Positions 23,680-35,002 of a stretch of DNA of 64,000 bases are shown here, piece after piece. Origin of the DNA: Chiloscyllium plagiosum (taxonomy: Eukaryota); the NCBI RefSeq assembly GCF_004010195.1, contig NC_057719.1:74588043-74652042 (forward strand). The letters are read 5' to 3'. The position numbers were made by a program, and so were the translations under genes. Positions within the stretch are counted from its first letter, which is position 1. Each line of letters begins with the position of its first letter. The notes beneath the pieces are model-generated. The model was not told the DNA's origin. It did not search any database and saw nothing but the letters and a program-made list of their open reading frames with translations.

Positions 23680-23840
23680 TTGGAGATGCCGGTGTTGGAC
23701 TGGGGTGTACAAAGTTAAAACTCACACAACACCAGGTTATGGTCCAACAGGTTTAATTGGAAGCACTAGCTTTTGGAGTATTGCTCCTTCATCAGGTACA
23801 CCTCCGAAAGCTAGTGCTTCCAATTAAACCTGTTGGACCA
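23680..23840. mobile_element. Penelope-like terminal remnant with inverted arms (23740-23778 / 23802-23840) and a degenerate hammerhead core
   Basis: 39-bp inverted arms with 1 mismatch; CTGATGA-stem-loop on the - strand. Same family at 30100-30292. Confidence 0.65.
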
Positions 23841-23949
23841 ATACTTACCTACTCTCCCAGCAATGTGGTTGACATTCGGTTGTATCAAACTGCAATATCA
23901 ACTCAGGATTAAGTTGGTCAGCTCAGCGCAGAGCAAAGTTCAGGGTAAG

Positions 23950-24335
23950 TAGATGTGAGGCAGAAAGAGTACAGCAGGTCAGACAGCATCCGAGGAGCAG
24001 GAAAGTCCTGAGGGAGTGTTTGAGCCAGAAACATTGACATTTCTGCTCCTCCGATGCTGTCTGACCTGCTGTGCTCTTCCTGCCTCACCTCTATTTAGTC
24101 TTGACTTCCAGCATCTGCTGTGCTGGAAGAGCACAGCAATTCAGGCAGCATCCGAGGACAGGCAAAATCGACGTTTCGGGCAAAAGCCCTTCATCAGGAA
24201 GGGCGTTTGCCCGAAACGTCGATTTTGCCTGTCCTCGGATGCTGCCTGAATTGCTGTGCTCTTCCAGCACCACTGATCCAGAATCTGGTTTCCAGCATCT
24301 GCAGTCATTGTTTTTACCTCCAGCATCTGCAGTCC
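23950..24335. mobile_element. Nested Penelope-like hairpin remnants (older 23950-24118; younger 24119-24318 with a 12-bp TSD)
   Basis: Two inverted-repeat units; TCCAGCATCTGC duplicated at 24107-24118 and 24319-24330. Confidence 0.7.
24170..24197 (-). ncRNA. Minimal hammerhead ribozyme core (Penelope-type): CUGAUGA-A-GGGC-UUUU-GCCC-GAAAC-GUC
   Basis: Both catalytic boxes, stem II and a GUC cleavage triplet are read directly. Stem I is only ~2 bp, so activity is uncertain. Confidence 0.55.
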
Positions 24336-24853
24336 TAGGAGCACCCTACCCGAGCATTCCTGCGTACGTTTCCTGGCTCACATCTGACGATTTGTGCCTC
24401 TTTGGGACCGAGAGCTGACTGGCTGAGCAACAACTTGACAGTTCACTGAATTAGATATAATTCCAAATGGTCTGGATTCCTCCAGAACCTTCACTGGGTA
24501 TGCCCTGAAAGACTTCAACATTGAGAGCATCATGTCAAATGTAGGCAAGGAATGATTAGCATTGCACAGGCCAGATTCCTCCATCACTGGACATGTTCTG
24601 GGAGAACTCATTATTGACACAAGATCCCATTATAGACAGAGGAACTTCAGTCTTTTAAGACTGCTCTGCCACTCATTTTGATCTTGCGTTTCTCCTCATA
24701 CCTTTTGATCCCTTTAGTCTCAAGTGCTATTTCCAACTCCTCCTTGAAATAAATGAGACATCATGTCAAACATCAGCAAGGAATGATTATCACCCTCCAA
24801 AGTGCCTCAACTGATACTATCTCAGTAGCATTGACAAAGATCAAGAACACCGT

Positions 24854-25171
24854 GGGTGGCACGGTGGCACAGTGGTTAGCACTGCTGCCTCACAGCGCCA
24901 GAGACCTGGGTTCAATTCCCGCCTCAGGCGACTGATTGTGTGGAGTTTGCACGTTCTCCCCGTGTCTGCGTGGGTTTCCTCCGGGTGCTCCGGTTTCCTC
25001 CCACAGTCCAAAGATGTGCAGGTTAGGTGAATTGGCCATGCTAAATTGCCCGTAGTGTTAGGTAAGGGGTAAATGTAGGGGTATGGGTGGGTTGCGCTTC
25101 GGCGGGGCGGTGTGGACTTGTTGGGCCGAAGGGCCTGTTTCCACACTGTAATGTAATCTAATCTAATCTAA
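24854..25171 (+). mobile_element. Young full-length HE1-type SINE
   Basis: Intact head, CpGs retained, (TAATC)n tail. Confidence 0.9.
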
Positions 25172-26439
25172 TATCTACCACAGTGAACTCTGCAATAGTT
25201 TGTCAGAAAACCAATATGGGAGAACCTACTTGAACTCATTCTTATTTATCTATCAGTCACAGATGCATAGATCTGTGGTAGGAGCGACCACTTCTCAGTG
25301 CTTTTAGAGGCCACCTTCAAATTGAAAACATCCTCAAGCTGTGTGGTGTTACAGCCTTGCAAACTCATGTTTATCAGTTTAATAAAGTTCTTCGTGGAAT
25401 GTCTGAAGAATAAAAGTGAATCAGTGGATGTATCTATCACATTAAGATTTGCAGAAGGCACTTGAAAAGGTATACCTGGTAGATCGGAATTATAGATAAT
25501 AAAATCTCAAGGTTCAACGAGGAAAAATTGGCATGGATAGAAGATTATCTCTCTAACAGAAAACAAAGTATAATCATAAAGGGGTCATTTCCTGGTTGGA
25601 AAGACATAACGAGTAGTGTCTCACAAGGATCAGTGCTTGGACCTTATTGAAGTTGCCCATGGGAGAAAAGAATTGTTAGTTGAAGCAGCACTTTCCACAG
25701 TCAGAATCATGGTCTTCATGCTCATAGCAACCAGATAAGATAATGAAGTGCCTCGTAGAAATAGTAATGGGAAAGAGAAAACTTGTTATTTAGAAAACTG
25801 TAAAAGGGAAAGTCTGATCCCACCACAGAGGAGATTGAAAGACAAACACTATAATGAAGGTTATAAACAGATAACCTCTTGAAAGGACACCGGAAAACAG
25901 ATAGCATTGTAAGGGGGCAAAAGCAAAATATTACTTCATCATTGTGACCTTGAGAATACAAGGTACCAAACAACACCCACTCAGCATGGTGCAGCTAGCA
26001 AATGTCTGGGGAGGAGCATAATGGTCACAGGGTGGTGGCAAGTACTGATGTCAATGTTGTGTGTAACCATCGTAATGCAGAACACACAAACATCCTGGAC
26101 TTTATTGGGGGCGTGGAGAGTGCCTTGAAGTCTGTCTCCACAGACCTCTTTCTGCTGTGTGGTAAGTAGCTCAGAATAAAGATTGATTTATGCTGCTGAG
26201 CACTGGATTAATATCCCTCTAAAATCCTTCTCCAGAAATTGGCACTGCAAGTAGGGTACTCCATCAGTCTGTGACCAATAATGTGGGTTCTAATTAGATG
26301 AGTATGTTTCACACTGCCACCCTTTACCAACCTTGTAGTCAGTCCTGGCTGTAATTTGTGGTATAAAAAGAATTAAGGGAGGAAAGGGAGTTGTGACATG
26401 TGAGGTAGACAATCGACAGACTCCTTGTTCATCCCAGAG

Positions 26440-26620
26440 ATGATGAAGACCGCCACAGTTGAACAGGGAGAGCAAAATCTGCACCAGGATGGGTTACAGC
26501 CCCACAGTTAAACAGGGAGAGGACAGTGACCCTACTTCATCCTGGGGAGTGAAGAGCCCCACAGTTGAACAGGGAGAGTAAAATCAGCACCGGGGATAGG
26601 AAACAACCCCACAATGGGAT
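26440..26620. repeat. Short tandem array, core CCACAGTTRAACAGGGAGAG x3 (26453, 26502, 26559)
   Basis: Direct repeats read from the sequence. Confidence 0.8.
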
Positions 26621-27729
26621 AGAAATTAGCAAAAAGCCCTACAGCAGGATACTAGTACACAAAAAGAGCAAGAGGGATTACAAAGAACATTGGAGTGTGC
26701 AAAGGGAACTAAGGAGTTTCAGAAGGGAAGAAACCTTACACCCACCTTAAACCTGGTTAATGTGTCAGGAACAGAGTCAAATGCAAAACATTTAGGAAGG
26801 AGAAAGGAGAGGACTGAGGGACACCTTGGCTGGAGAGCAAAAAGATGCCCCCACCACTTTGATGAGACCAAAATATTCCATACTCATAGTCTGTCTCCTC
26901 TAATATCAGTGATTGTCCCAGTTGTATATTTTCTTTATCCATCGAACTAAGTATCACATATATAATGGTTTAATTAACTTTAAGTTTGGGAAACTGTGAG
27001 GAGCAGCAATTTTTAATTGAGGTTATCACTGACATTTTTGAAAATGCCACCTGCAGATAGTTTAATGGAAAAGTGAGGTTCAACAGCAGCTGTATTGGAA
27101 ATTGTAGAACTATGCAATAGTAATTATATGTACCCTTGATAAGATTTTTTCAAGAGGCAATGAAAGGAACAACTGAGTTACAAACTGTGTGTAATAAATT
27201 AGCCAATGGTGCCATTTGTGTGCTTTCCAGCCGAATAAAGAAAATAGAAAGGCACAGGAATTGGGAAAAGAATTGCAAGTTTAAAATGATTACCAACAGG
27301 AAAGCACAGAGTTGGAGTCCTGAGTTGCATGTAGACCCAACATTGCAAATGGACAAACTGAATATGGAGGTTGAAACTGATGATGAAATGGGCTCCTTCT
27401 TTGAAAGAAAAAAAGCAAAACATGCTTGACAGAAATCTGTGGATACAACTGGGTTATCTTGCAAAACCTTGAGAATGGGCCACTTTTAGAATAAAATAAC
27501 AGGAAAAAAAAAAGTCACACCATCAAATAGAAATGGGAAAGACTCATCTCGCTAAATGGAATGTATCCAATGAAATCAAAGTGTAGATAGAATTAAATAA
27601 TTAACAATTTTCCCTTAGAAATGAAGAACTTAAGCACGTACAAGAAAAATTTCTGATTATGTGGATGCGTCCACTAGAGAAGGAGCAAAACTTGACCTTC
27701 TCTTGAGAAATAAGGCAGGGTAAGTGACT

Positions 27730-27980
27730 GCTTATTAAGATTAATTACATGGAATCGAGAGACAGCTAGCGATTTGGATACAAAATTGGCTTGAAACTAG
27801 GAGACAGAAGGTGGTGTTGGAGAGTTGCTTTTTGAACTGGAAGCCTGTGACCACTGGTGTGTTACAAGAATTGGTGCTGGGTCCACTGCTTTTTGTCATT
27901 TTTATAAATGATTTGGATGGGAAAATAGGAAGGAGAGTTAGTAAGTTTGCAGATTACACCAAAGTTGGTGGTGTAGCACC
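27730..27980 (+). mobile_element. CR1-clade LINE RT fragment
   Basis: Collinear with 7520-7760. Confidence 0.75.
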
Positions 27981-28249
27981 AGGACGATAGTAAAAGGATC
28001 TTTGTGGTGCAGTGGCAATATCTCTACTGCTGAGTTGGAGGCCGGAGTACAAGTATTCCAGGTGTGTATAATAATGGTTAACAGATTAATGAGAAAATAA
28101 ATCTCAAACACACTGATGCAGATTGGGTTTTGCCAGAACCCTTTAGCACTCTGACCTCATTTACAGCTTTGATCTAAACGTAGACAAATAAACTAACTTC
28201 AGAAATGATATGAGAACGGCTGTCCTTGATGCCAAGGAATCAGAGGAGC

Positions 28250-29590
28250 CAAAGAGTATCACAGCATGGAAGCAGGCCTTTCAGTTTAAAATGGTCCATG
28301 CTGACCACTCAGCTAATTCCAATTACCTGCATTTGACCTATCTCCCTCTGAAGCCTTCCCATCGATGTATCTATTCAAATGTTTTTAAAATGTTGCTATA
28401 GTACCTCAACCACTTTCTCTGGCAGCCCATTCTATACACACCACTCCGTGTGAAGTTGCTCCTCAGGTTCTTCTTAAATCTTTCCCCCCTCACCTTAAAC
28501 CTATGCCCTCCAGTTTTTAAATCCTCATCCCTGGGCAAAAAAGACTATCTGCATTCAACCTTCTATGCCCTCATATTATACACCTCAATAAGGCCACATC
28601 TCATTCTCCTACGTTGCAAGGAATAAAATCCTATCCTGGCCAGCTTCTCCCATAACTTGGGCATACTAGTCCTGGCAACATCCTCCTAAATCTTCTTTGC
28701 ACTCTTTCCAGTTTAACTACGACTTTCCTCTGACAGAGTGACCAAAAATGTGCACAATATTTCATGTGCAGCCTCACTTACTTATACAAATGTAACATAA
28801 CAGCCCACCTCCTATACTCCAAAGCCTCAACTGATGAAAGCCAGCAAGTTAAATGCCTTCTTCATCACCCTGCCTACCTATGACACCACTTTCAAAAAAC
28901 AATGTACTTGTATTCAAAGGTCCCTCTGTTCCACAACATTCCTCAGGACCTTACTATTTACTGTATAAGTCCTACCTTAGTTTGACTTTCCAAACTGCAA
29001 CACCTCACACTTAGTCAGACATGTACAGCATGCGAACAGACCCTTCGGTCCAACTCATCCATGTCAACAAGATATCCTAAATTAATCTACTGCCATTTAC
29101 CAGCATTAGGCCCACATCCTTTTAATACTTCCTATTCAGACACCCACCCAGATTTCTTTTAAATGTTATAATTGTACCAGCCTCCACCACTTCCTGTGAT
29201 AGCTCATTCCATACATAGACACCTGTGTGAAAAAGCTCCCCCATAGATTCCATTCGAATCTTTCCCCCCTCATCCTAAACCTATGCCATCTAGTTCTGGA
29301 CTCTCCCACCTCAGAAAAGACCTTGTCTACTTACCCTATCTATGCCCCTCATGATTTTATAAACCTTGATTAAGTCACTCCTCAGCTTCCAATGCTCCTT
29401 GGAAACTGGAGCAGCCTACTCAGCCTCTCCTTGCAGCCCGAACCCTCAAACCATGGCAACATCCTTGTAAATCTTACCTGCAATACTTCCAAGTTTCACA
29501 ACATCCTTCCTATAGGAGGGAGACCAGAACTGTACACAATATTCCAAAAGTGGCCTAACCAATATCCTTTACAGCCTCAATATGACCTCT
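28250..29590 (-). mobile_element. Two adjacent CR1-clade LINE 3' fragments (~28250-29010 and ~29015-29590)
   Basis: Reverse complements of the CR1 3' ends seen elsewhere. Confidence 0.85.
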
Positions 29591-30099
29591 TCTGTTTGGG
29601 CTTATTTTCCCAATTTAACAGCATGCATGTGGAATAGGACCAGGCCAGACCCCCTCACAATATTTTAAGGTAGCCCAGACTCTAACTTTTTCTTATTTTA
29701 AAGAGAGACATAGAGTAGGTACTCCACGTGTGATGCAGCTGGTCAAACCACTCAGCTTTCAGCAAAACTGAATTTATTTAAACACCACAGTTGAAACACG
29801 AACAAAAGAAAATAGAATTCAGAATAATTTAACTATTGGAAACTTAACTGACTCGATACACCACTTAACTAAGGAGCTGTTCCAATTTCCGTATCATCCC
29901 AGAAACACACGCCTTGGCAAAAGGTAAATTCAATCACAGGTTCTTACAGGCAGAAGAGGTTTCAGGGAGAGAAGCCAGTCAAGAATCATCTGACATATGG
30001 AACCTTTTTGCATTGTGGCAGCTTCTGCTACAACTAAACAAAACTAGAAAAAACCTGAACTGGAAGAACTGGTCACTCCCGTACCATTGTTAAACTAAG

Positions 30100-30292
30100 T
30101 TTAAAATCACACAACACCAGGTTATAATCCAACCCGTTTATTTGGAAGCACTAGTGTTCCTAGCATTGCTCATTCACCAGGTAGCACTGTTCCGAAAGGT
30201 AGTGTTTCCAAATAACCCTGTTGGACTATAACCTGTTGTCATGTGATTTTTGACTTTGTCCACCCCAGTCCAACACCGGCTCCTCCACATCA
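30100..30292. mobile_element. Penelope-like hairpin remnant (same family as 23680-23840)
   Basis: Inverted arms around a decayed core; shared cacacaacaccaggttat sequence. Confidence 0.65.
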
Positions 30293-30838
30293 CTGTTAAA
30301 CGAGGCATTTCCAGACATTTCAACACCTGTCTTTATGACTTCTCGAAAAAAAAACTCAAAGATAAAATAACCTTGTTCAGGTGACAACATCATCGCACAA
30401 GAGCTTTGCAAAGTAAGAAACATATCTAAGACATCAGGTTCTTCAGGGCAACTATCTTTATTATGTGCAAACACTTGATAGTTGGAGTGCAAAGATTTTA
30501 CTTGCAACTGAAAAAAGTCAACATGGACTGGAAAATGACTTTGGTCATTGAATACTATTTCTTTTGTAGCTTCTGGTACTTAAGTTGCTCTGAGCCCTCC
30601 TTATTTTTAATGCAAAGAAGATATATTATGAAGTAGCTGCGATACTAAAAGTCCAAATTTGGGAAGCTGAGTGAGGAATATCAAGAATGGCTGGCTCCAA
30701 GAAAACACTCATTCCATTTTTTTCTTTGCCGAAGCATACTAAATATGTGTCACGAGCACTTGAACCACTCTTACGCAAAGACATAACCACAAATCCAGAT
30801 GGAAAAAATGACCATTCTCAAGTGTTAAATTTGCAATT

Positions 30839-30844
30839 TTTATT
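30839..30844 (-). terminator. Candidate polyadenylation signal AATAAA of SRSF5-B (other AATAAA at 31046 and 31071)
   Basis: tttatt on + strand ~280 nt after the stop, a similar distance to copy A. Confidence 0.5.
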
Positions 30845-31119
30845 TCAAGAAAAATCAAATGCCAGATTTCCCACAGGCTAAGTATTAATGCAAATTTAGC
30901 TGCATTTTAAAAGTAATATTAATTGAACATAACAAACAATTTTTTTTGAAAACTACAGCTTATGTAAATAATAATTCCAATTTAACTCCAATAACCGCAA
31001 GCAATCTGACCCCAAGTGAAATGCATTAAGTTTCAGATAGAGCTATTTATTCCTTTCTACTTAAATCAGTTTTATTTCGGTAAAAGTCCCCTTTTACTAT
31101 ATTAATTTTCAGTATACAC

Positions 31120-31387
31120 TTAGTCAGCACTCGCAACAGAAGGTGACCTTGACACCGATCGGGAACGTGAGCGAGAACGAGATCTTGGTCGCTCCAATGA
31201 AGGAGATTTGGATGGTGAAGGTGAACGAACTTTTTGTTCCCTGACAGGACCACGAGATCTACTGCGAGAACGGGATTTGCTGCGGCTTCTGCTCTTTGAC
31301 CTACTGTAGGATTTGCGGCTTCTGGAACGAGACCGACTACGGGATCTGGAAAACGAACGGCTCCGCGAACGGGATCTGCTGCGAGAT
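31120..31387 (-). CDS. SRSF5: SRSF5-B last exon: RS domain ending ...SPSVASAD*
   Basis: Acceptor gtttag at 31388; matches ORF 31120..31434. Confidence 0.95.
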
Positions 31388-31714
31388 CTAAACATCAAGG
31401 GGATATAAATGCCCATTTTTACAACATTTCTCAAGTGTCATAACAAAAACTGATTTATATTAGTGTTTGGACACTTGAATTGATTTCAAAAGTGACATCA
31501 GCTCTTTGCTCCTGTCAATATGACAAAAATTTGAGATTAAAAAGAAAACCTTTTTGCCACCTCCCTGCCAAACTGTACAAACGCAACCTCCCATTGTCAG
31601 TTAGACAATCCTTCAGCTGACACACTTGAAAGACGATGCTTCAAGAATTTTCTATTCTTGCAAAATTCACATTCTTAAATTTATACTTCAGCATTTTAAA
31701 CAAGTTTGGGCCCC

Positions 31715-33115
31715 TTGCTGAGGTATTTGTACCATTGATAGCCACAGGTCTTAATATTTTAAGAAAGGTGGGAAGGAAAAGTCAGGGAACTATGGACCAA
31801 GTATACCTGACATTGCTGGTGAGCAAGTTGTTGAAGGGAATCCTGAAGGACAGGATTAACGTATTTGGAAAGGTGAGAACTGATTAGGGATGGTCAACAT
31901 GGCTTTGTGCATGGTAAATCATGTCTCACAAACTTGATTTGAATTTTTTGAAGTAGTAACGAAGAGGATCTATATGACTTCAGTAAGGCTTTCAATAAGA
32001 TTCCTCCTGATAGACTGGTTAGCAAGGTTCGATCTCATGGAAAACAGGGAGTAGTATCCATTTGGATACAGAACTGGCTTGAAAGTAGAAGACAGGGGTA
32101 ATGGTGGAGAGTTGCTTTTCAGACTGGAAGCCGATGATCAGTGATGTGCCACAAGGATTGGCGCTGGGGCCACTGCTTTTGTCAATTATATAGATGATTT
32201 GGTTGTGAACATAGGAGGTATATTTAATAAGTTTGTAGATGACACCAAAATTGGAGGTGTAATGGACAGCCAAGGTGGTACCTCAGTACAACGGTATCTT
32301 GATCAGATAGGCCAATGGAGTGGAAGATGGGTTTAATTTAGATAGATAAGAGGTACTGCAGTTTGGCAAGGCAAATCAGGGCAGGACTTGTACACTTAAC
32401 ACTAAGGTCGTGGGAGTGTTGACGAAAACAAAACCCTGGAGTGCAGTTTCATATTTCCTTGGAAATGGAGTCACATGTAAAGAGAATAGTGAAGGCTGCA
32501 TTTGGTATGCTTGCCTTCACTGGTCTGTGCATTGAATATAAGAGTTGGGAGGAAATGTTGCAGCTGTGCAAAGGACATTGGTTGGGCCACTGTTGAAATA
32601 TTGTGTGCAATTCTGGTCTCCCTCCAATAGGAAGGATGTTGTGAAACTTGAAAGGGTTCAGAAAAGATTTACAAGGACGTTGCCAGGGTTGGAGGGTTTG
32701 GGCTACAGAGTGTGTCTAAATAGGCCGTGGCTATTTTCCATGGAGCATTGGAGGCTGAGGGACAACCTCATAGCAGTTTATAAAATCACGTGGGACATCA
32801 ATAAGAGTAAATAGAAATAGTCTTTTCCCGGGGCTGAGGGAGTCCAAAACTAGATAACATAGGTTTAAGGTGAGAGGGGAAAGATTTAAAATAGATCTAA
32901 GGGGCAACTTTTTCATGCAGAAGGTGGGCATGACTGGAACAAGCTGCCAGAGGAACTGGTGGAGGCTGGTAGAATTACATTTAAAAGGTATCTGGATGGG
33001 TTTGGAAGGATGTGGGCCTAATGCTGGCAAATGTGACTAGGTTTATTTAAGATACCTGGTTGGCATGGACGAGTTGAACTGGTTTGTTTTGGTGCTATAA
33101 TCTCTATGGCTCTGA
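31715..33115 (+). mobile_element. CR1-clade LINE in SRSF5-B intron 7 (antisense to gene)
   Basis: RT motifs QHGF..KSCLTNL and CVQFWSP..RFTRTLPGL. Confidence 0.9.
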
Positions 33116-33177
33116 CTGAAACTATATAGTTCTGATTTGTAATAATGGAAGCTGTGATGATTGTATGTGACACTTAC

Positions 33178-33285
33178 CTATGTTTAGGTTCCTCAATCAG
33201 TCTGATCTTTCTTCCGTTTATCTCTGCGCCAGAGAGTTTATCAACAGCATTCTTCAAATCACTATAGGAGGCAAACTCAACAACC
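33178..33285 (-). CDS. SRSF5: SRSF5-B exon 7: [35 protein letters not shown](R)
   Basis: 108 nt, ttttcctttag acceptor, gtaagt donor. Confidence 0.95.
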
Positions 33286-34309
33286 CTAAAGGAAAAATGA
33301 TATTTACAATTTTACTTTTGCCAATTTGAACACTGTTAATTTGATTAAGCAGCTGAATATGATAGTGACACTCCATTTGTACTGTAGAACTGGAATCATG
33401 CTGCAGGAAGTAAACCACACACATTTCCAAATACAATACGGTCATGTCAGAAAGAGTGAGATAAACTGTTTAGACTTAATGTTATTTCCCAGGACAAACA
33501 AAAAATGTCAGAAGATATTACACACAAACTATAATATTTTCAAAAATAAATCCAGCAGCTAAGATTTGGATACAGCAACTATAACGAGAAACATTTCATA
33601 GGCACATCATAGATTTATCAGACAAAAAAGAAAATAAGTCCAAGACCAGTTAACTAAATGTTTACTTAAAGTGTGGGTTATAAAGAAACACAAGAGATGC
33701 CGTGCAGATGAGGTTAAGTTCAAGCCATAAGGCTTAGGTGGCTGATGACACAGCCAGCAAAAGAGGGTGCACAAGCAGCTACAATTGGAGAAGCAGAATC
33801 TTCTGGAACATTAAATGGCTAGACTATTTTGGCAGATGAAAGATTTAGTGCTGGGAGTCAAATACGGTGGTGGAATTAACAAAGCTGGATGTAATCAGCA
33901 TGCATGTGGAACTCTGTTCCTTCAGATCATGTTGCCAGCAACAGCATTTAGATGAGATTACACCAAAGTTTGCTGTCAAGTAGTACAGAAGGTTAACAAG
34001 CGCTGTAAATCCTGGTGTTACTGGTGTAAGCTTGAAAACAATTTTGGCCTAATGTACAAAGATTAGTTTATTGCACGGAGTACAAATCATCAAATTCTTA
34101 CCAAACAAGAACAGAAATTACTGGAAAAAACTTCAGAAGATCTGGCAGCATTTGTGAAGAGAAAGAATCTAGTGATCCTTCTTCAAAATTTATGTTTTTG
34201 TTTCAGATTTTCAGGATGTGTAGTTCTTCATTTTATTATAGCAAATTCTTCCTATTTGACTAACAAGTTTGCTAATACATCAATTCATTAATTTCTTTGT
34301 TTAACTCAC

Positions 34310-34383
34310 CCTTCATTCATTTTGTGCCTATGCGCATCTGCAAATGTAACTTCTCCAGCCTGTCTCATGAAGTCTTTCAGATC
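34310..34383 (-). CDS. SRSF5: SRSF5-B exon 6: DLKDFMRQAGEVTFADAHRHKMNE(G)
   Basis: 74 nt, gtgagt donor. Confidence 0.95.
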
Positions 34384-34497
34384 CTATGTGAAATCACAAT
34401 GGTTATGTAAAACAAGCCATATGTACACTTAGTCAGTCATTTTCAACGAGAAAGTTACTACAAAAGAACCAAAGCTAATTTCATCAAAATTTATTAC

Positions 34498-35002
34498 CTT
34501 CCTGTACAATTCCCTAGGCTAGTCAACCAGGCAAATGCAAGAAGAACTTGCACAGGTACCACCACGACTGACGACCCGATAGTGCTCTTCAGCACCCACT
34601 CGACGTGAGCCCTCCCGGATATCACCCATCCTAAAAGGTAGGCTTTGACGGTGCCATGGGAACAGGAATTGCTAAATCTTGTGTGGTTACCAATGGCTCC
34701 TCACACTTCAAAATCGAGCTTCCAAACAACCTACTAGCGAATTTCTTTCATTCAATCAAGGACCTCTCATTTTAGAGTCAGCTCTCAACTCGACTTTAGG
34801 ACAACTCGTTACCAGCATTTTCAGAGGCGCAGGAACGGACCCCGGCACATAAGCTAGCGCCCACCAATGTTGGTCAGACCAGCATAATACAGATCACCAA
34901 CTGATTGAAACGTAGGACTGGCAATTCAACTAGGCCCATCAAGAGACCAAGCCAGAGCGATTAGGAAAACGTCACTCGTCACAAGGCCAACGATACGAGA
35001 GG
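34498..35002 (-). other. SRSF5: SRSF5-B intron-5 poison exon; in frame gives PLVSLAL* (TGA at 34981-34979)
   Basis: Same acceptor (tttatttaccag) and donor (GAAG|gtaat) as copy A; collinear conserved blocks. Confidence 0.8.

Noticed and set aside
24854..24925. tRNA-like sequence with A/B boxes
   Set aside because: SINE head continuing into the SINE body; not a standalone tRNA gene.
24841..25146. Recurrent ORF family (GNLAWPIHLTCTSLDCGRKPE; also 1790, 58635, 59675)
   Set aside because: Translations of SINE copies, not genes.
26453..26578. CRISPR-like repeat-spacer pattern
   Set aside because: Vertebrate DNA, only three repeats, spacers related to each other and no cas genes; it is a tandem repeat.
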